In this document: piece after piece, positions 23,573-34,096 of the stretch | Layout: every line of letters begins with the position of its first letter | Position numbering within the stretch: position 1 is the stretch's first letter | Assembly (NCBI GenBank): GCA_046760105.1 | Contig: JBHIDJ010000003.1 | Location: forward strand, 19,718-83,717 | From: Acidiferrobacterales bacterium | GTDB lineage: Bacteria; Pseudomonadota; Gammaproteobacteria; Acidiferrobacterales; SPGG2 | DNA length: 64,000 nucleotides | Direction: 5' to 3' | Program-made: the position numbers and the translations under genes | The notes under the pieces: model-generated | Told to the model about the DNA's origin: nothing | Seen by the model: the letters and a program-made list of their open reading frames with translations, nothing else | Database searches by the model: none

Positions 23573-25462
23573 ATGCTTGACATACCGATCAAGGACTATT
23601 TTCGCGAGACCCGGCTGTTCAATTCACGTCTTTCCGTCGCCGTGGTCGTAGTGTCATTGCTGACAATAGCCCTGCTCGCACGGCTTGCCTATCTGCAAAT
23701 CATCAGCCACCGGCACTACGCTACGCTCTCCCAGGAGAATCGCATCCACCCGCGACCTATACCACCGGTTCGGGGGCGCATCTTCGATCGTAACGGCGTT
23801 GTGCTCGCGCAGAGCTTGCCGGTATTCACGCTGGAGATCGTGCCTGAGCAGGTCGAGGATATGGACGCGCTTCTGGCGCAGCTTGCCGATATTGTCGAGC
23901 TGCACCCTCGGGACTTAAAGACTTTCAAAAAGGAACTTCGTAAGCGTCCCCGATTTGAGAGCCTTACCCTGCGCACGCGCCTAAGCGACGAAGAAGCAGC
24001 ACGTATCGCGGTTAACCGCCCGCATCTGGATGGGGTTGAACTAGAGGCACGACTACAACGCCACTATCCATTAGGCGGGCTGGGCGTGCACGCCATTGGT
24101 TACGTCGGCCGCATCGATGAGCAGGAACTCGAAGGCATCGATCGGTCTGCGTATCGCGGTACTCAGCATATCGGTAAGCTCGGCGTCGAGCAGCGTTACG
24201 AGCAGCTGTTGTTAGGGGAGGTCGGTATCGAGAAGGTGGAGACCAACGCCTATGGTCGGGCGTTGCGCGTGGTAGAGCGCATTGCACCAAGGGCCGGGAA
24301 GAATATATACCTCAACCTTGATGCCAAACTGCAGGCTATCGCCGAGCACGAACTCAAGGGGCGTCGCGGTGCCGTAATTGCCTTAGTTCCCAGAACCGGT
24401 GAAGTGCTTGTGTTCGCAAGCACGCCCGTCTATGACCCCAATCCGTTTGTAAACGGCATCGATCCTGAGGCCTATCGCGTGCTGCTCGAGGATCCGAACA
24501 AACCGCTCATCAACCGCGCCATTAATGGCCAGTACGCGCCCGGATCGACGATTAAACCGTTCTTAGCGATGGCCGCATTAGAAACAGACGACTTCAATCC
24601 AGCCGAAACAGTTTTCTGTCGCGGCTGGTTTAGACTGCCGAGATCCACGCGTCGTTTCCGGGACTGGAAGAAGTATGGACACAAAGATGTCAATCTTCAC
24701 GACGCGATTGTCCAGTCGTGCGATGTATATTTTTACAGGCTAGCCGTAAAGCTCGGCATTGACCGGATGCAAGACTTTCTCGCGAATTTCGGCTTCGGTA
24801 CCGCTACGGGTATCGACCTCATGGGGGAAGCACAGGGGTTGCTGCCTTCACCGGGATGGAGACAGGCCCGCGGCGAAGCCTGGTATCCCGGTGAGACCGT
24901 GGTAACCGGCATCGGCCAAGGCCCGTTGCTTATTACACCGCTGCAGCTCGCGTCGGCGCTTAGCGCATTGGCCAACCACGGTAGCCGGGTCCAGCCCCGC
25001 TTGTTACGAGCGATCGAAGACCCCAAGACCAAGGCATTGACAGAATCAGCGCCGGAACCCGTTGGAGAGGTGGCTGTGACGCAATACGATCATTGGCATG
25101 CAGTGGTCGCAAGCCTAGTCGACGTGGTGCATGGAGAAAAAGGCACGGCACGCCGGATCGGCTGGAATGCGCCCTATCAGATCGCAGGCAAGACGGGCAC
25201 GGCGCAAGTCAAGGCTCTTGGCCAAACGGAGGAGTATGATGAAGAAAGCACGCCTGAGCACCTCCGCGATCATGCTTTGTTCATCGCCTTTGCCCCGGCC
25301 GAGGACCCCCGGATCGCCGTGGCGGTAGTCGTTGAAAATGGCGGCGCGGGCAGTTCGACCGCGGCCCCCATTGCCCGCAAGGTGATGGATCAGTATCTGC
25401 TGGACGGCAATAAAAAGAATGACGTTTCTTTAAGCGTAAGCCTGGAGCGCGCCAGCCAATGA
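23573..25462 (+). CDS. mrdA: Penicillin-binding protein 2 (elongasome transpeptidase)
   Basis: 629 aa with APGSTIKP (SxxK), a SxD/SxN-type motif (QSCD) and KTGTAQ (KTG) motifs. Confidence 0.93.
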   Translation: MLDIPIKDYFRETRLFNSRLSVAVVVVSLLTIALLARLAYLQIISHRHYATLSQENRIHPRPIPPVRGRIFDRNGVVLAQSLPVFTLEIVPEQVEDMDALLAQLADIVELHPRDLKTFKKELRKRPRFESLTLRTRLSDEEAARIAVNRPHLDGVELEARLQRHYPLGGLGVHAIGYVGRIDEQELEGIDRSAYRGTQHIGKLGVEQRYEQLLLGEVGIEKVETNAYGRALRVVERIAPRAGKNIYLNLDAKLQAIAEHELKGRRGAVIALVPRTGEVLVFASTPVYDPNPFVNGIDPEAYRVLLEDPNKPLINRAINGQYAPGSTIKPFLAMAALETDDFNPAETVFCRGWFRLPRSTRRFRDWKKYGHKDVNLHDAIVQSCDVYFYRLAVKLGIDRMQDFLANFGFGTATGIDLMGEAQGLLPSPGWRQARGEAWYPGETVVTGIGQGPLLITPLQLASALSALANHGSRVQPRLLRAIEDPKTKALTESAPEPVGEVAVTQYDHWHAVVASLVDVVHGEKGTARRIGWNAPYQIAGKTGTAQVKALGQTEEYDEESTPEHLRDHALFIAFAPAEDPRIAVAVVVENGGAGSSTAAPIARKVMDQYLLDGNKKNDVSLSVSLERASQ

Positions 25463-25513
25463 ACGAGCAATGTATATATTTGCGTTTAGGGTGTCTTGTC
25501 CTAACCTTGGAAT

Positions 25514-26596
25514 ATGACCTTTCTCGAACGCCTGCATCTCGATAGACCCTTCTTATATGGACTCTTAGTGCTTGCGTCCCTCAGCGTGGTGATTTTGTAT
25601 AGCGCGAGCGCGGGCACGGCGACGGTCGCGCTTGGGCAGGCATTTCGCTTGGCTCTCGGCTTCGCGATTATGTTGGCGATCGCGCAGGTACCCCCCAATC
25701 AGCTCGCACGGTGGTCGCCACATGTTTACATCACGGGGCTCGTACTGTTGATTGGCGTGCTGGTAGTCGGCGCCACTGGCAAGGGTGCACAACGGTGGTT
25801 GAGCCTCGGGGCGCTGAACTTCCAACCCTCCGAGATCATGAAAATCGGTGTCCCGATGGTGTTAGCGTTCTACCTCTCTCGCCGGCCACTACCACCGCCG
25901 TTGTCTTGCATTGCGGTAGCAATCATCCTGGTGCTGATTCCCACGCTGCTGATCGCTCGCCAGCCGGACCTCGGCACCGCGTTACTCGTGATGACATCTG
26001 GAATACTAGTGTTGTTTCTTGCAGGCATACGCTGGCGTTCGATCGCCGCGCTGCTGGCTGTGCTCGCAGCATCCGTGCCGTTGGTATGGCTTTACCTACA
26101 CGACTACCAAAAACAACGTATCATTACGCTCTTCACCCCTGAGTCAGATCCCCTCGGGACGGGATATCACATCATTCAATCCATGATTGCGGTCGGCTCG
26201 GGTGGGCTGTATGGAAAGGGATGGTTTAACAGCACCCAGACGCAACTGCAGTTTCTGCCGGAAAGTTCCACAGACTTTGTATTCGCCGTATTCGCAGAGG
26301 AATTCGGTTTGGTCGGGATTTTGGTAATCTTTGCCGCGTACGTGTTTGTCGTATTGCGGGGTCTAGCGATCGCCTTTTACGCGCAGGACTCCTACGCACG
26401 CCTGCTTGCAGCCAGCCTGACCCTGACTTTCTTTCTCTATTTCTTTGTGAACATTGGCATGGTCACCGGGATCTTGCCCGTTGTCGGGGTGCCGCTACCT
26501 ATTATCAGTTACGGTGGCAGTTCCCTCGTCACCTTGATGGCGGCATTTGGTATCCTTATGAGCATCCAGACCCACCGGAAGATCGTACAAATATAA
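25514..26596 (+). CDS. rodA: Peptidoglycan glycosyltransferase RodA (SEDS family)
   Basis: 360-aa polytopic protein with FQPSEIMK, TDFVFAVFAEEFG and PLPIISYGGSS motifs. Confidence 0.93.
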   Translation: MTFLERLHLDRPFLYGLLVLASLSVVILYSASAGTATVALGQAFRLALGFAIMLAIAQVPPNQLARWSPHVYITGLVLLIGVLVVGATGKGAQRWLSLGALNFQPSEIMKIGVPMVLAFYLSRRPLPPPLSCIAVAIILVLIPTLLIARQPDLGTALLVMTSGILVLFLAGIRWRSIAALLAVLAASVPLVWLYLHDYQKQRIITLFTPESDPLGTGYHIIQSMIAVGSGGLYGKGWFNSTQTQLQFLPESSTDFVFAVFAEEFGLVGILVIFAAYVFVVLRGLAIAFYAQDSYARLLAASLTLTFFLYFFVNIGMVTGILPVVGVPLPIISYGGSSLVTLMAAFGILMSIQTHRKIVQI

Positions 26597-26608
26597 CTTA
26601 AACACTGC

Positions 26609-27607
26609 ATGCGCTTCTGGTTGCGTGTCTTATCTCTGACCCTCTTTGTCCCCTGGCTCCTGCCCGGTCCGACCGCGGCTGTCAGCCTGAGCGATTATCC
26701 GCAGCTGCGAACATTCGTCGAAGACATGGCGAACAAACACGCCATGGCGCAACAGCAACTCAGCCAATGGTTCGAGCGCGCCACGATCCGACAGGATATT
26801 CTCCACGCCATCAACACACCAAAAGAGGCGCTGCCCTGGTACGAGTACCGCAAACTGTTCGTTACCAAACAAAGCGCCAGTCGTGGCCAGCGGTTCTGGC
26901 TATCGAACGCCGACGCGCTGTCGCGGGCCTGGCAAGATTATGGCGTAGATCCGGCAACGATCGTCGCCATTGTCGGCATCGAAACCCAGTATGGCCGCAA
27001 TCCTGGGGGCTTTCGCGTGATGGATGCGCTCACCACGTTGATGCTTGAATACCCCAAGCGCAGCGAATTTTTCCGGCGGGAACTGGAAGAATATTTGCTG
27101 TTGCTGCAAGAATTGAACATGGACCCATTCGAACTGCCCGGATCTTATGCGGGCGCCATAGGGATTCCGCAGTTCATTCCCAGCAGTTACCGTCAATATG
27201 CCATCGACTTCGACGGCGACGGTCAGCGCAACATCGTGCGCAGCGTCGCTGATTCCATCGGTAGCGTGGCCAATTTCCTAAAAAGGCACGGCTGGCAAAA
27301 GGGTGGGGGTGTCATTGAACAGATTCGATTGCAGGGCGAATTCGCAGCTTGGCTCGATAAGCTCGACGGCAAACCGATGCCATCACTAAGATACCTGGTG
27401 AGTTATGGTATCCTGCCGATGCGGTACAACGATGTAGACCAACGTGCGGCACTAATCAGGCTAGAAGACCAGGAAGGACCGGTCTATTACCTTGGGTACA
27501 ACAACTTTTATGTCATCACGCGCTACAATCGCAGTCAAAACTATGCTATGGCGGTGTACGAGTTGAGCGAATGGATCCGCCGGCTGCACAAGGCGAATGC
27601 ACCATGA
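26609..27607 (+). CDS. mltB: Lytic murein transglycosylase B
   Basis: 332 aa with a signal peptide, VAIVGIETQYG (catalytic Glu) and GAIGIPQFIPSSY motifs. Confidence 0.88.
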   Translation: MRFWLRVLSLTLFVPWLLPGPTAAVSLSDYPQLRTFVEDMANKHAMAQQQLSQWFERATIRQDILHAINTPKEALPWYEYRKLFVTKQSASRGQRFWLSNADALSRAWQDYGVDPATIVAIVGIETQYGRNPGGFRVMDALTTLMLEYPKRSEFFRRELEEYLLLLQELNMDPFELPGSYAGAIGIPQFIPSSYRQYAIDFDGDGQRNIVRSVADSIGSVANFLKRHGWQKGGGVIEQIRLQGEFAAWLDKLDGKPMPSLRYLVSYGILPMRYNDVDQRAALIRLEDQEGPVYYLGYNNFYVITRYNRSQNYAMAVYELSEWIRRLHKANAP

Positions 27608-28437
27608 GGAAGATTCTGCCTCTCATATTGGTAGCAGTCTTGCTCACCGCGTGCGGTGGTCTGCATCGAAAGGGTGGTTATTATGAGGATGATGGCCCGC
27701 CCAAACGCACCCGTGTCGACCTCTCCAAAATCCCCAGTGCCCTTCCGCGCGTCGAACCGCTCAGTCAGCACGGCAACAATCCTTATACCGTAAGCGGCAA
27801 GATGTACTTTCCACTAAGTAGCGCTAAAGACTACCGAGAACGCGGCATCGCTTCCTGGTATGGAAAGAAATTTCACGGCAAACAAACATCCAGCCGTGAA
27901 CGCTACGACATGTATGCGATGACAGCGGCGCATAAGGTACTTCCGTTGCCGACATACGTGCAGGTGCGAAACCTCCACAACGGGCGCGTTGTCGTTGTGC
28001 GCGTCAATGATCGTGGCCCGTTCCTGCGAAACCGTGTAATCGATCTATCCTATGCCGCTGCCGCCAAGCTCGACATGCTCAGGACAGGTACCGCCTTGGT
28101 CGAGGTGAGAGCGATCGATGGAGTCGAGCCTTACCCGACCACACTGCAAACCGCCGGCGTACAAGCAGCCACCGAGCACTCCAGCAGCGGTCAGCCGTCG
28201 GCACCGCGCCTGTATTTGCAAGTAGGTGCCTTTACGAGCTGGGAAAACGCGGTAAGACTGCGCGCCCGCCTCAACCGAGCACAGCTTGGACTAATACACA
28301 TTCAAAGCGAACTGCAGGACAATGTGCGCTTCTACCGCGTGCGCGTCGGCCCACTCGCGAGCATCGCGGAGAGTGATCGATTAGCGCAACGCGCGGCCGA
28401 GTATGGCGTTCCCGACGCCCATGTGATCGTCGAATAG
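27604..28437 (+). CDS. rlpA: Septal-ring lytic transglycosylase RlpA (DPBB + SPOR domains), lipoprotein
   Basis: Lipobox LLTAC. The DPBB region is GIASWYGKKFHGKQTSSRERYDMYAMTAAHKVLPLPTYVQVRNL..VVVRVNDRGPF, followed by a C-terminal SPOR-like YLQVGAF...YRVRVGP. The ATG at 27604 overlaps the mltB stop as ATGA. Confidence 0.88.
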   Translation: MRKILPLILVAVLLTACGGLHRKGGYYEDDGPPKRTRVDLSKIPSALPRVEPLSQHGNNPYTVSGKMYFPLSSAKDYRERGIASWYGKKFHGKQTSSRERYDMYAMTAAHKVLPLPTYVQVRNLHNGRVVVVRVNDRGPFLRNRVIDLSYAAAAKLDMLRTGTALVEVRAIDGVEPYPTTLQTAGVQAATEHSSSGQPSAPRLYLQVGAFTSWENAVRLRARLNRAQLGLIHIQSELQDNVRFYRVRVGPLASIAESDRLAQRAAEYGVPDAHVIVE

Positions 28438-28591
28438 CGGCTGGCGCCACTGATGGCGTGCACGAGCAATTGGACGGCCCGTATGGAGAGGTTGACCCGT
28501 TCAAACGTCCTGCACGACAATAGTTTGACAGTATAACGACCGTACGTTTGGTTTGGCTGTCGCTCAACGGCACGTTAAAGTCCCACAGGTT

Positions 28592-29494
28592 ATGCGAGCA
28601 CTAACCCAGGAATCCACAGGCGACATCGCGAGCATCAATAGCGTTTATGTCGCCGGAAAGTTTGTTTCCGCGCATGAAGCGCTTATTTCCCCGTTTGACC
28701 GAGGTTTTATCTTCGGTGACGGCGTCTACGAAGTGATTCCGGTTTTCAACGGCCGCCTCTTTCGGCTACATCATCATCTGCAACGTCTTGAGAATAGCCT
28801 GACCGCAATTGGGCTCGTGAATCCGCTAACGCACGCGCAATGGCAGCAGGTGTTGCAGCGCTTGATCGATGATAACGGCGCCGGCGATCAGTCGGTGTAT
28901 TTGCAAGTTACCCGCGGTGTAGCGCTAAGGAATCATGCATTCCCGAACGACGCCCAAGCGACCGTGTTTGCCTACGCCCAGCAGATGACATACACGGACC
29001 CGATGGCGCCGGTCAGTGGGGTGTCCGTGATTACCGCTCAGGAGATCCGCTGGCAACGATGTGACATCAAGTCCACCTCGCTGCTAGCCGCGGTGATGCT
29101 GCGCGAACAGGCAGCCCGGGAAGGATCGGTGGAGGCGATTCTCGTTCGCGGGGGTCTCGTTACTGAAGGCGCTGCCAGTAATGTCTTCATCGTGCACAAC
29201 GGCAAGCTAATGACGCCGCCCAAAGGCCCGTTCATTCTCGGCGGCATTACGCGCGATTTGGTCCTTGAGCTCGCGAGAGCGCGTGGCATCGTCTATGACG
29301 AGCGTGACGTGAAACAAAGCGAACTCACCGCCGCCGACGAGATATGGATAACGAGCTCGACTCAGGAGATCAAAGCTGTCACACAGCTCGACGGTACGCC
29401 CGTGGGAAGCGGTATACCGGGACCGTTGTACACGCGCCTATACACGCTCTACCAGGAATATAAGGAAGCATTTCGGCAGGGCAAAGTTGAATGA
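28592..29494 (+). CDS. Class IV (D-amino-acid / branched-chain type) aminotransferase, Dat-like
   Basis: ISPFDRGFIFGDGVYEVIPVFNG, YLQVTRG and the KSTSLL region carrying the class IV PLP lysine context. I prefer the ATG at 28592 over the TTG at 28553. Confidence 0.75.
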   Translation: MRALTQESTGDIASINSVYVAGKFVSAHEALISPFDRGFIFGDGVYEVIPVFNGRLFRLHHHLQRLENSLTAIGLVNPLTHAQWQQVLQRLIDDNGAGDQSVYLQVTRGVALRNHAFPNDAQATVFAYAQQMTYTDPMAPVSGVSVITAQEIRWQRCDIKSTSLLAAVMLREQAAREGSVEAILVRGGLVTEGAASNVFIVHNGKLMTPPKGPFILGGITRDLVLELARARGIVYDERDVKQSELTAADEIWITSSTQEIKAVTQLDGTPVGSGIPGPLYTRLYTLYQEYKEAFRQGKVE

Positions 29495-29596
29495 CGCCAG
29501 TAACCCGCTACCTATTAACCAAATCGCTTATGTAATGCAAAGCAAGCTTGTGTTCACGGCCCATCCTGGTTTCACCAGGCTACTGCCATAAAGGCT

Positions 29597-30271
29597 ATGC
29601 AAGCACTCGACGGCGTCATTGTGCGTGATCTTGGTCGCGTGGACTACCTAGCGACCTGGCGCGCAATGCGCGAATTTACAGAACGGCGTGATCCATCGAC
29701 TAACGATGAGATTTGGCTTCTCATGCACCCACGCGTTTATACCATTGGCCTCAAGGGCAGGGATCACGAATTTGTAAGTCGGGACGGAATTTCCTTTGTG
29801 CGCACGGATCGAGGTGGTGACATGACCTACCACGGACCAGGTCAGATAGTAGCGTATGTGTTGATGGACTTGCAGCGGCGTCGCTGGGGGGTGAGACAGC
29901 TCGTCCACGGCCTCGAGCAAGCGGTCATCGAGTTGTTGGTGGAACAGGGCATAGAGGGCCATCGGCGCTGCGGGGCGCCAGGTGTCTATGTTGAGGACAA
30001 GAAGATCGCCGCACTTGGACTGCGCGTGCGTCGCGGGCGTAGCTACCATGGACTCGCACTCAACGTAGACATGGACCTTACGCCATTTGCTGCCATCGAT
30101 CCCTGCGGTTATCCCGGAATGGACGTGACGCAGCTGCTCGCGCTTGCCCCACACCTCAATATAGAGCAAACAAATCAATTACTTATGTCGCATCTGATCA
30201 CGAGTTTAGGTTACAATGCGTTCGACGTTGATAGTGAGCAACCAACACCCAAACCTGCATCGGGCTACTAG
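29597..30271 (+). CDS. lipB: Octanoyltransferase LipB
   Basis: 224 aa with TDRGGDMTYHGPGQ and KIAALGLRV...HGLALN motifs. Confidence 0.92.
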   Translation: MQALDGVIVRDLGRVDYLATWRAMREFTERRDPSTNDEIWLLMHPRVYTIGLKGRDHEFVSRDGISFVRTDRGGDMTYHGPGQIVAYVLMDLQRRRWGVRQLVHGLEQAVIELLVEQGIEGHRRCGAPGVYVEDKKIAALGLRVRRGRSYHGLALNVDMDLTPFAAIDPCGYPGMDVTQLLALAPHLNIEQTNQLLMSHLITSLGYNAFDVDSEQPTPKPASGY

Positions 30272-30421
30272 CCAAAACATGCACCGCATCTCAGCTGACG
30301 GCACGCAGAAAGCACACTTGTTGGTTGCCCGACTGGCGCCGAGTATGCGCGGTGTTGGTGTGCGCGTAGTGAGTATGTCGAACAACATCGAGCGACAGGC
30401 CGTACGCGGGGTATATTAAAC

Positions 30422-31225
30422 ATGGAAGGGTGGCAAGAAATCGTCGCCCTTTTTCTGCTGCCGCCAGGATTGTTTATCTTGATCGCGATTCTTGGCTTTT
30501 TCGTGTACAGCAAATGGATATGGGGCGGCACCATAATCATTATGTTAAGCCTGGCATTGCTCATCGCGTTGAGCCTGCCGCTCACAGGCCAACAGTTGGC
30601 TTCCTCGCTGGAAACTTTCACCGAACCACTTTACCCAGAAACACTCGACGAGGCAGGGAAGCAAACGAAAGCCATCGTTGTTCTCGGTGCTGGCCGTTAC
30701 CCGGACGCGCCGGAATACGGGGCGGACACAGTGAGCCGTCTTGCGCTCGAGCGTTTACGCTATGGCGCGCACCTGCACAGACAAACGGGGCTACCCATCC
30801 TGGTTACCGGCGGTGCCCGGCACGGCGAACGAGTCCCCGAGGCCGAACTCATGCAGGCGGTACTGGAACGAGACTACCAGATCATTCCCGAATGGAAAGA
30901 ATCGAGATCGCGCAACACGTTCGAAAACGCGGTGCTCAGCAGCGAACTGTTGCGGGTTGGCGGCATTGACCATGTGCTCTTGGTAACCCATGCGTGGCAC
31001 ATGCGGCGCGCGGTGTGGGCGTTTGAAACTACGGGTCTACGAGTGACCGCTGCACCCACTGGTTTCACGACACTGAGTAAGCGCGAGCGTGGTATCTATG
31101 GCTACCTGCCCTCGGCCCGTGGGTTGTACCGGAGTAGCGAGGCGCTGCGCGAATGGCTGGGTTATTGGTGGTACTTAATGACGTATCGCTCAGGGGAGTC
31201 GGAACGCGTTGCCGAAGCTGGCTAG
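30422..31225 (+). CDS. DUF218 (YdcF/ElyC-like) membrane-anchored protein
   Basis: N-terminal TM helices, then AIVVLGAGR...ILVTGG...SRNTFENA...LLVTHAWHMRRA, the DUF218 pattern. Confidence 0.75.
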   Translation: MEGWQEIVALFLLPPGLFILIAILGFFVYSKWIWGGTIIIMLSLALLIALSLPLTGQQLASSLETFTEPLYPETLDEAGKQTKAIVVLGAGRYPDAPEYGADTVSRLALERLRYGAHLHRQTGLPILVTGGARHGERVPEAELMQAVLERDYQIIPEWKESRSRNTFENAVLSSELLRVGGIDHVLLVTHAWHMRRAVWAFETTGLRVTAAPTGFTTLSKRERGIYGYLPSARGLYRSSEALREWLGYWWYLMTYRSGESERVAEAG

Positions 31226-31331
31226 GTTGGGATGCCCAGCGCCAGCCGAAGTGTGCTTTCACGGATACCCGCCAGCCAATGCATCAAACAGTTGGCGAAT
31301 GCCCCTCTCGAAAATCGGCGCCGTCGCTATC

Positions 31332-31898
31332 TTAGGCGTGCTGACCCAATCCGGCACTCGAGAACCCGCCCTCGTGCACGGGGCGCTGCGCCTCATCAAG
31401 GAACTCACACAACCTCGCCCTTACCGTATCTGCATCAATTGGCTTGGCCCAAAATTCCGTCGCGCCCTGCGATAAAGCGTGCTGCCGGATAGCACTATCG
31501 GGCACTCCCGTGATCATGATGATAGGAATGCGGTCGAAGCCGGAAAGTTTGCGGGCCGCAGTCAAGAAGTCGAGGCCATCCAGGTCCGGCATCATATAGT
31601 CGATCAGACACAGGTCGGGTACACGCCGGCAGCACCAGCACCACGCCAGCGCCGCACGGCTGGAAGTGAAGCTGACCATGTCAACGGCGTAATCGAGTCC
31701 CTTAATCAAGTTTTCAAGAATAGTGAGATTATCCCTTTCGTCATCCAACAGCAGGATCGTTGATTTCACGTACAGAATGTCTCTTATGCACCATGCCAAG
31801 GCATCTTCAAGTTCCATGCCAAGGAACGTGACTAACTCGCTTTCGAGGCGCAGTCGTCGCCACTTGCGGAGTTGCACGAGTTGGCCCCTTTCCGACAA
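31332..31898 (-). CDS. Stand-alone response-regulator receiver (REC) protein
   Basis: ILLLDDE, LIDYMMPDLDG (phospho-acceptor Asp), IIMITG and AKP motifs. The N-terminal ~45 aa are uncertain and the start could be internal (e.g. M28). An unusual CWCCRR cluster sits in the alpha2-beta3 region. Confidence 0.75.
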   Translation of the reverse strand: MSERGQLVQLRKWRRLRLESELVTFLGMELEDALAWCIRDILYVKSTILLLDDERDNLTILENLIKGLDYAVDMVSFTSSRAALAWCWCCRRVPDLCLIDYMMPDLDGLDFLTAARKLSGFDRIPIIMITGVPDSAIRQHALSQGATEFWAKPIDADTVRARLCEFLDEAQRPVHEGGFSSAGLGQHA

Positions 31899-32197
31899 CA
31901 GAAGAAATATTCTAAAGATCAGTAGCTTAGGAGAGGGAGTGCGTCTGCGCGCGGCCTGGGCGATGCCCTAGGTGCTGGCGGTGACGGCCCATCAGGGGGG
32001 CCAGCGAGACGTGCCGGAGGGCCCGAATGTCAGGAAAAGCGGCCCGTCATGCACTCAGATTGGGTCACTCCGGGTTCGGGGAGCGTCACCCCCGCCTTTG
32101 CCGGTCTCAGTTAGGCGCAGCCGACACACGCAGCCACCAGTGGGTTTGCGGCTGGGACGGGGTTGTAGCGCGGGGTGAGCAGAGAATTCTATAGGAC

Positions 32198-34096
32198 TTA
32201 ACGGCCAACGCGCTTGCGCGGTCGGGAATCAGGAGTGCTCTCGCTATCGTGGAGGTCCGTCTCGCCGATGAAATCCTCGAGCTCCTTGATGGTCGACTCA
32301 ATGGCACCTACCTCGGATTGCCCGGATTCCTGCGATTCCTGCTCGGGTTTGACAAGCCCCTCGGCGATCGTCAGTTCCTTCGTGTTCGTTTCCGCGGGCC
32401 CCGGGTTCACCACGGGCTTAGCTGGCGATTGTTCGGCGTTCGGGTTCAGTCGCGGACGCCAGGGTGAATCCTCTAGCCAACGCGAGAAATCTTGGGCACT
32501 CAAAGGCCGGCTTATGTATTCACCTTGCGCGGCTTCACAACCCTGTTTTTCCAGTTGCGCAAACGCCTGCTCGCTTGACGTGCCCTCACCGATGACCTCC
32601 AGGCCGAGGTTATGGGCGAGATCGATGGTGGCACGCACAATCTTGGCATGCTTGGCGTTTTGGATCATGTCCATGACAAAGGACTTGTCGATCTTTATCT
32701 CCTGCACCGGCAGTTTACTGAGATATGACAACGATGAGTAACCGGTGCCAAAATCATCGATCGAAAGCCGCACGCCCATGTCGGCCAGCCTTGTCAGGAT
32801 CTGTAACGCGCGATCTTGGTCTACCATGATGCTGGTCTCGGTGATTTCGAGGATCAGCCGCTCAGCGGGGACGCCTTGCGCGGCGAGCAACCCCGCGATG
32901 AGATCGGGGAGCTCAAGATCAAGCAGCCCCTGGGGTGACATGTTGAAGGCGACACCGATATCCAAGCCCGCCCGGGCCCAGCTGCACTGCTGCTGAAGGC
33001 CATGGTTGAGTACCCACATGGTCAACGGCTTTATCAGGCCGGTGCGTTCCGCCAAAGGAATAAAGTCATCGGGCGGCATGAGATCATGTTGGGGATGCTG
33101 CCAGCGCACCAACGCCTCGACTTCCGTAACTTGCTTGGTCTTTATGGTGACCTTCGGTTGATAGTGCAAGACCAGTTCGTCAGTCTCGATCGCGTGGCGT
33201 AGCTCTCCCATGAGCGTCAGTCGATGGGGGCTGTGTTTATCAAGCCGCGGATCGTAGACGACGTAACCGCTTTTTTCCTGCTTCGCCATATACATAGCGA
33301 CGTCCGCCCGCTGCAGCAGGGTGTCGGGATCCGGACCATGCTCAGGGAAGACCGCAATACCGATACTGGCCTGTACATCCAGCTTTAGCCCTTCCAGCGC
33401 AAACGGTGTTTGCAACGCCTTGCCGATGTTACGCGCTACCTGCATAGCCTCCTTAACTACCGATATTTTTGGCAACAAGATCGCAAACTCATCACCACCA
33501 AGCCGTGCAACGGTAAAAGTATCCTGGATTGTTCCTTGCAGGCGTGCCGCCACCTGCTTCAGCACGCGGTCACCACTGAAATGGCCAAGCGTGTCGTTGA
33601 TCTCCTTGAACCGATCCAAGTCCATGACGAGAATCGCCAGGTGGGTTTTGTCATGCTGGGCGGCGTTTAACGCCTGTTCCAGGCGGTCCAGCAATAGCAC
33701 ACGATTAGGCAGGTCAGTCAGGTGATCATGGGTGACATCGTGCATCGCCTGCTGCTCGATCGCCGTTGTCTGCGCCCGCAGCTCGCTCGTCTGGTCAACG
33801 ACCAGGGCACTGGCCTCAAAGGCCATAACCGACCCGATGTATTGGCCCCAGATCGCGAAGAAAAACGGCATGCCGTCCAATAGCCACAGTGCCCCGTTCG
33901 TCCTCTGAGCCTCGATGATCCCGGTGAGAGTGACGCCGCCTGTTTGGTAATAGCTCACGAGCGCAGTGGCAATGACGATCGCCGCGCACGCGATCGTCAC
34001 GCCATAAACGGCATACTTGTTCGCCTTGCCTTTGAGCAGCTGGACGTTGCTAGATAAACTTTGGCTCGCTGTCAGCGCCACTCGTAAATTCTCCAC
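32198..34096 (-). CDS. Membrane-anchored GGDEF-EAL protein (diguanylate cyclase / c-di-GMP phosphodiesterase)
   Basis: Two or three N-terminal TM helices, an intact RLGGDEF active-site motif, an EVEALVRW EAL motif and DDFGTGYSS. A ~110-aa acidic low-complexity C-terminal tail follows. Confidence 0.9.
   Translation of the reverse strand: MENLRVALTASQSLSSNVQLLKGKANKYAVYGVTIACAAIVIATALVSYYQTGGVTLTGIIEAQRTNGALWLLDGMPFFFAIWGQYIGSVMAFEASALVVDQTSELRAQTTAIEQQAMHDVTHDHLTDLPNRVLLLDRLEQALNAAQHDKTHLAILVMDLDRFKEINDTLGHFSGDRVLKQVAARLQGTIQDTFTVARLGGDEFAILLPKISVVKEAMQVARNIGKALQTPFALEGLKLDVQASIGIAVFPEHGPDPDTLLQRADVAMYMAKQEKSGYVVYDPRLDKHSPHRLTLMGELRHAIETDELVLHYQPKVTIKTKQVTEVEALVRWQHPQHDLMPPDDFIPLAERTGLIKPLTMWVLNHGLQQQCSWARAGLDIGVAFNMSPQGLLDLELPDLIAGLLAAQGVPAERLILEITETSIMVDQDRALQILTRLADMGVRLSIDDFGTGYSSLSYLSKLPVQEIKIDKSFVMDMIQNAKHAKIVRATIDLAHNLGLEVIGEGTSSEQAFAQLEKQGCEAAQGEYISRPLSAQDFSRWLEDSPWRPRLNPNAEQSPAKPVVNPGPAETNTKELTIAEGLVKPEQESQESGQSEVGAIESTIKELEDFIGETDLHDSESTPDSRPRKRVGR

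Noticed and set aside
30430-30969. 179-aa plus-strand ORF in an alternative frame within the DUF218 gene. Similar Arg/Pro-rich alternative-frame ORFs occur at 22159..22542 and 25711..26142.
   Set aside because: These are overprinted frames of GC-rich genes with Arg/Pro/Gly-rich nonsense composition. The primary frames carry the family motifs.
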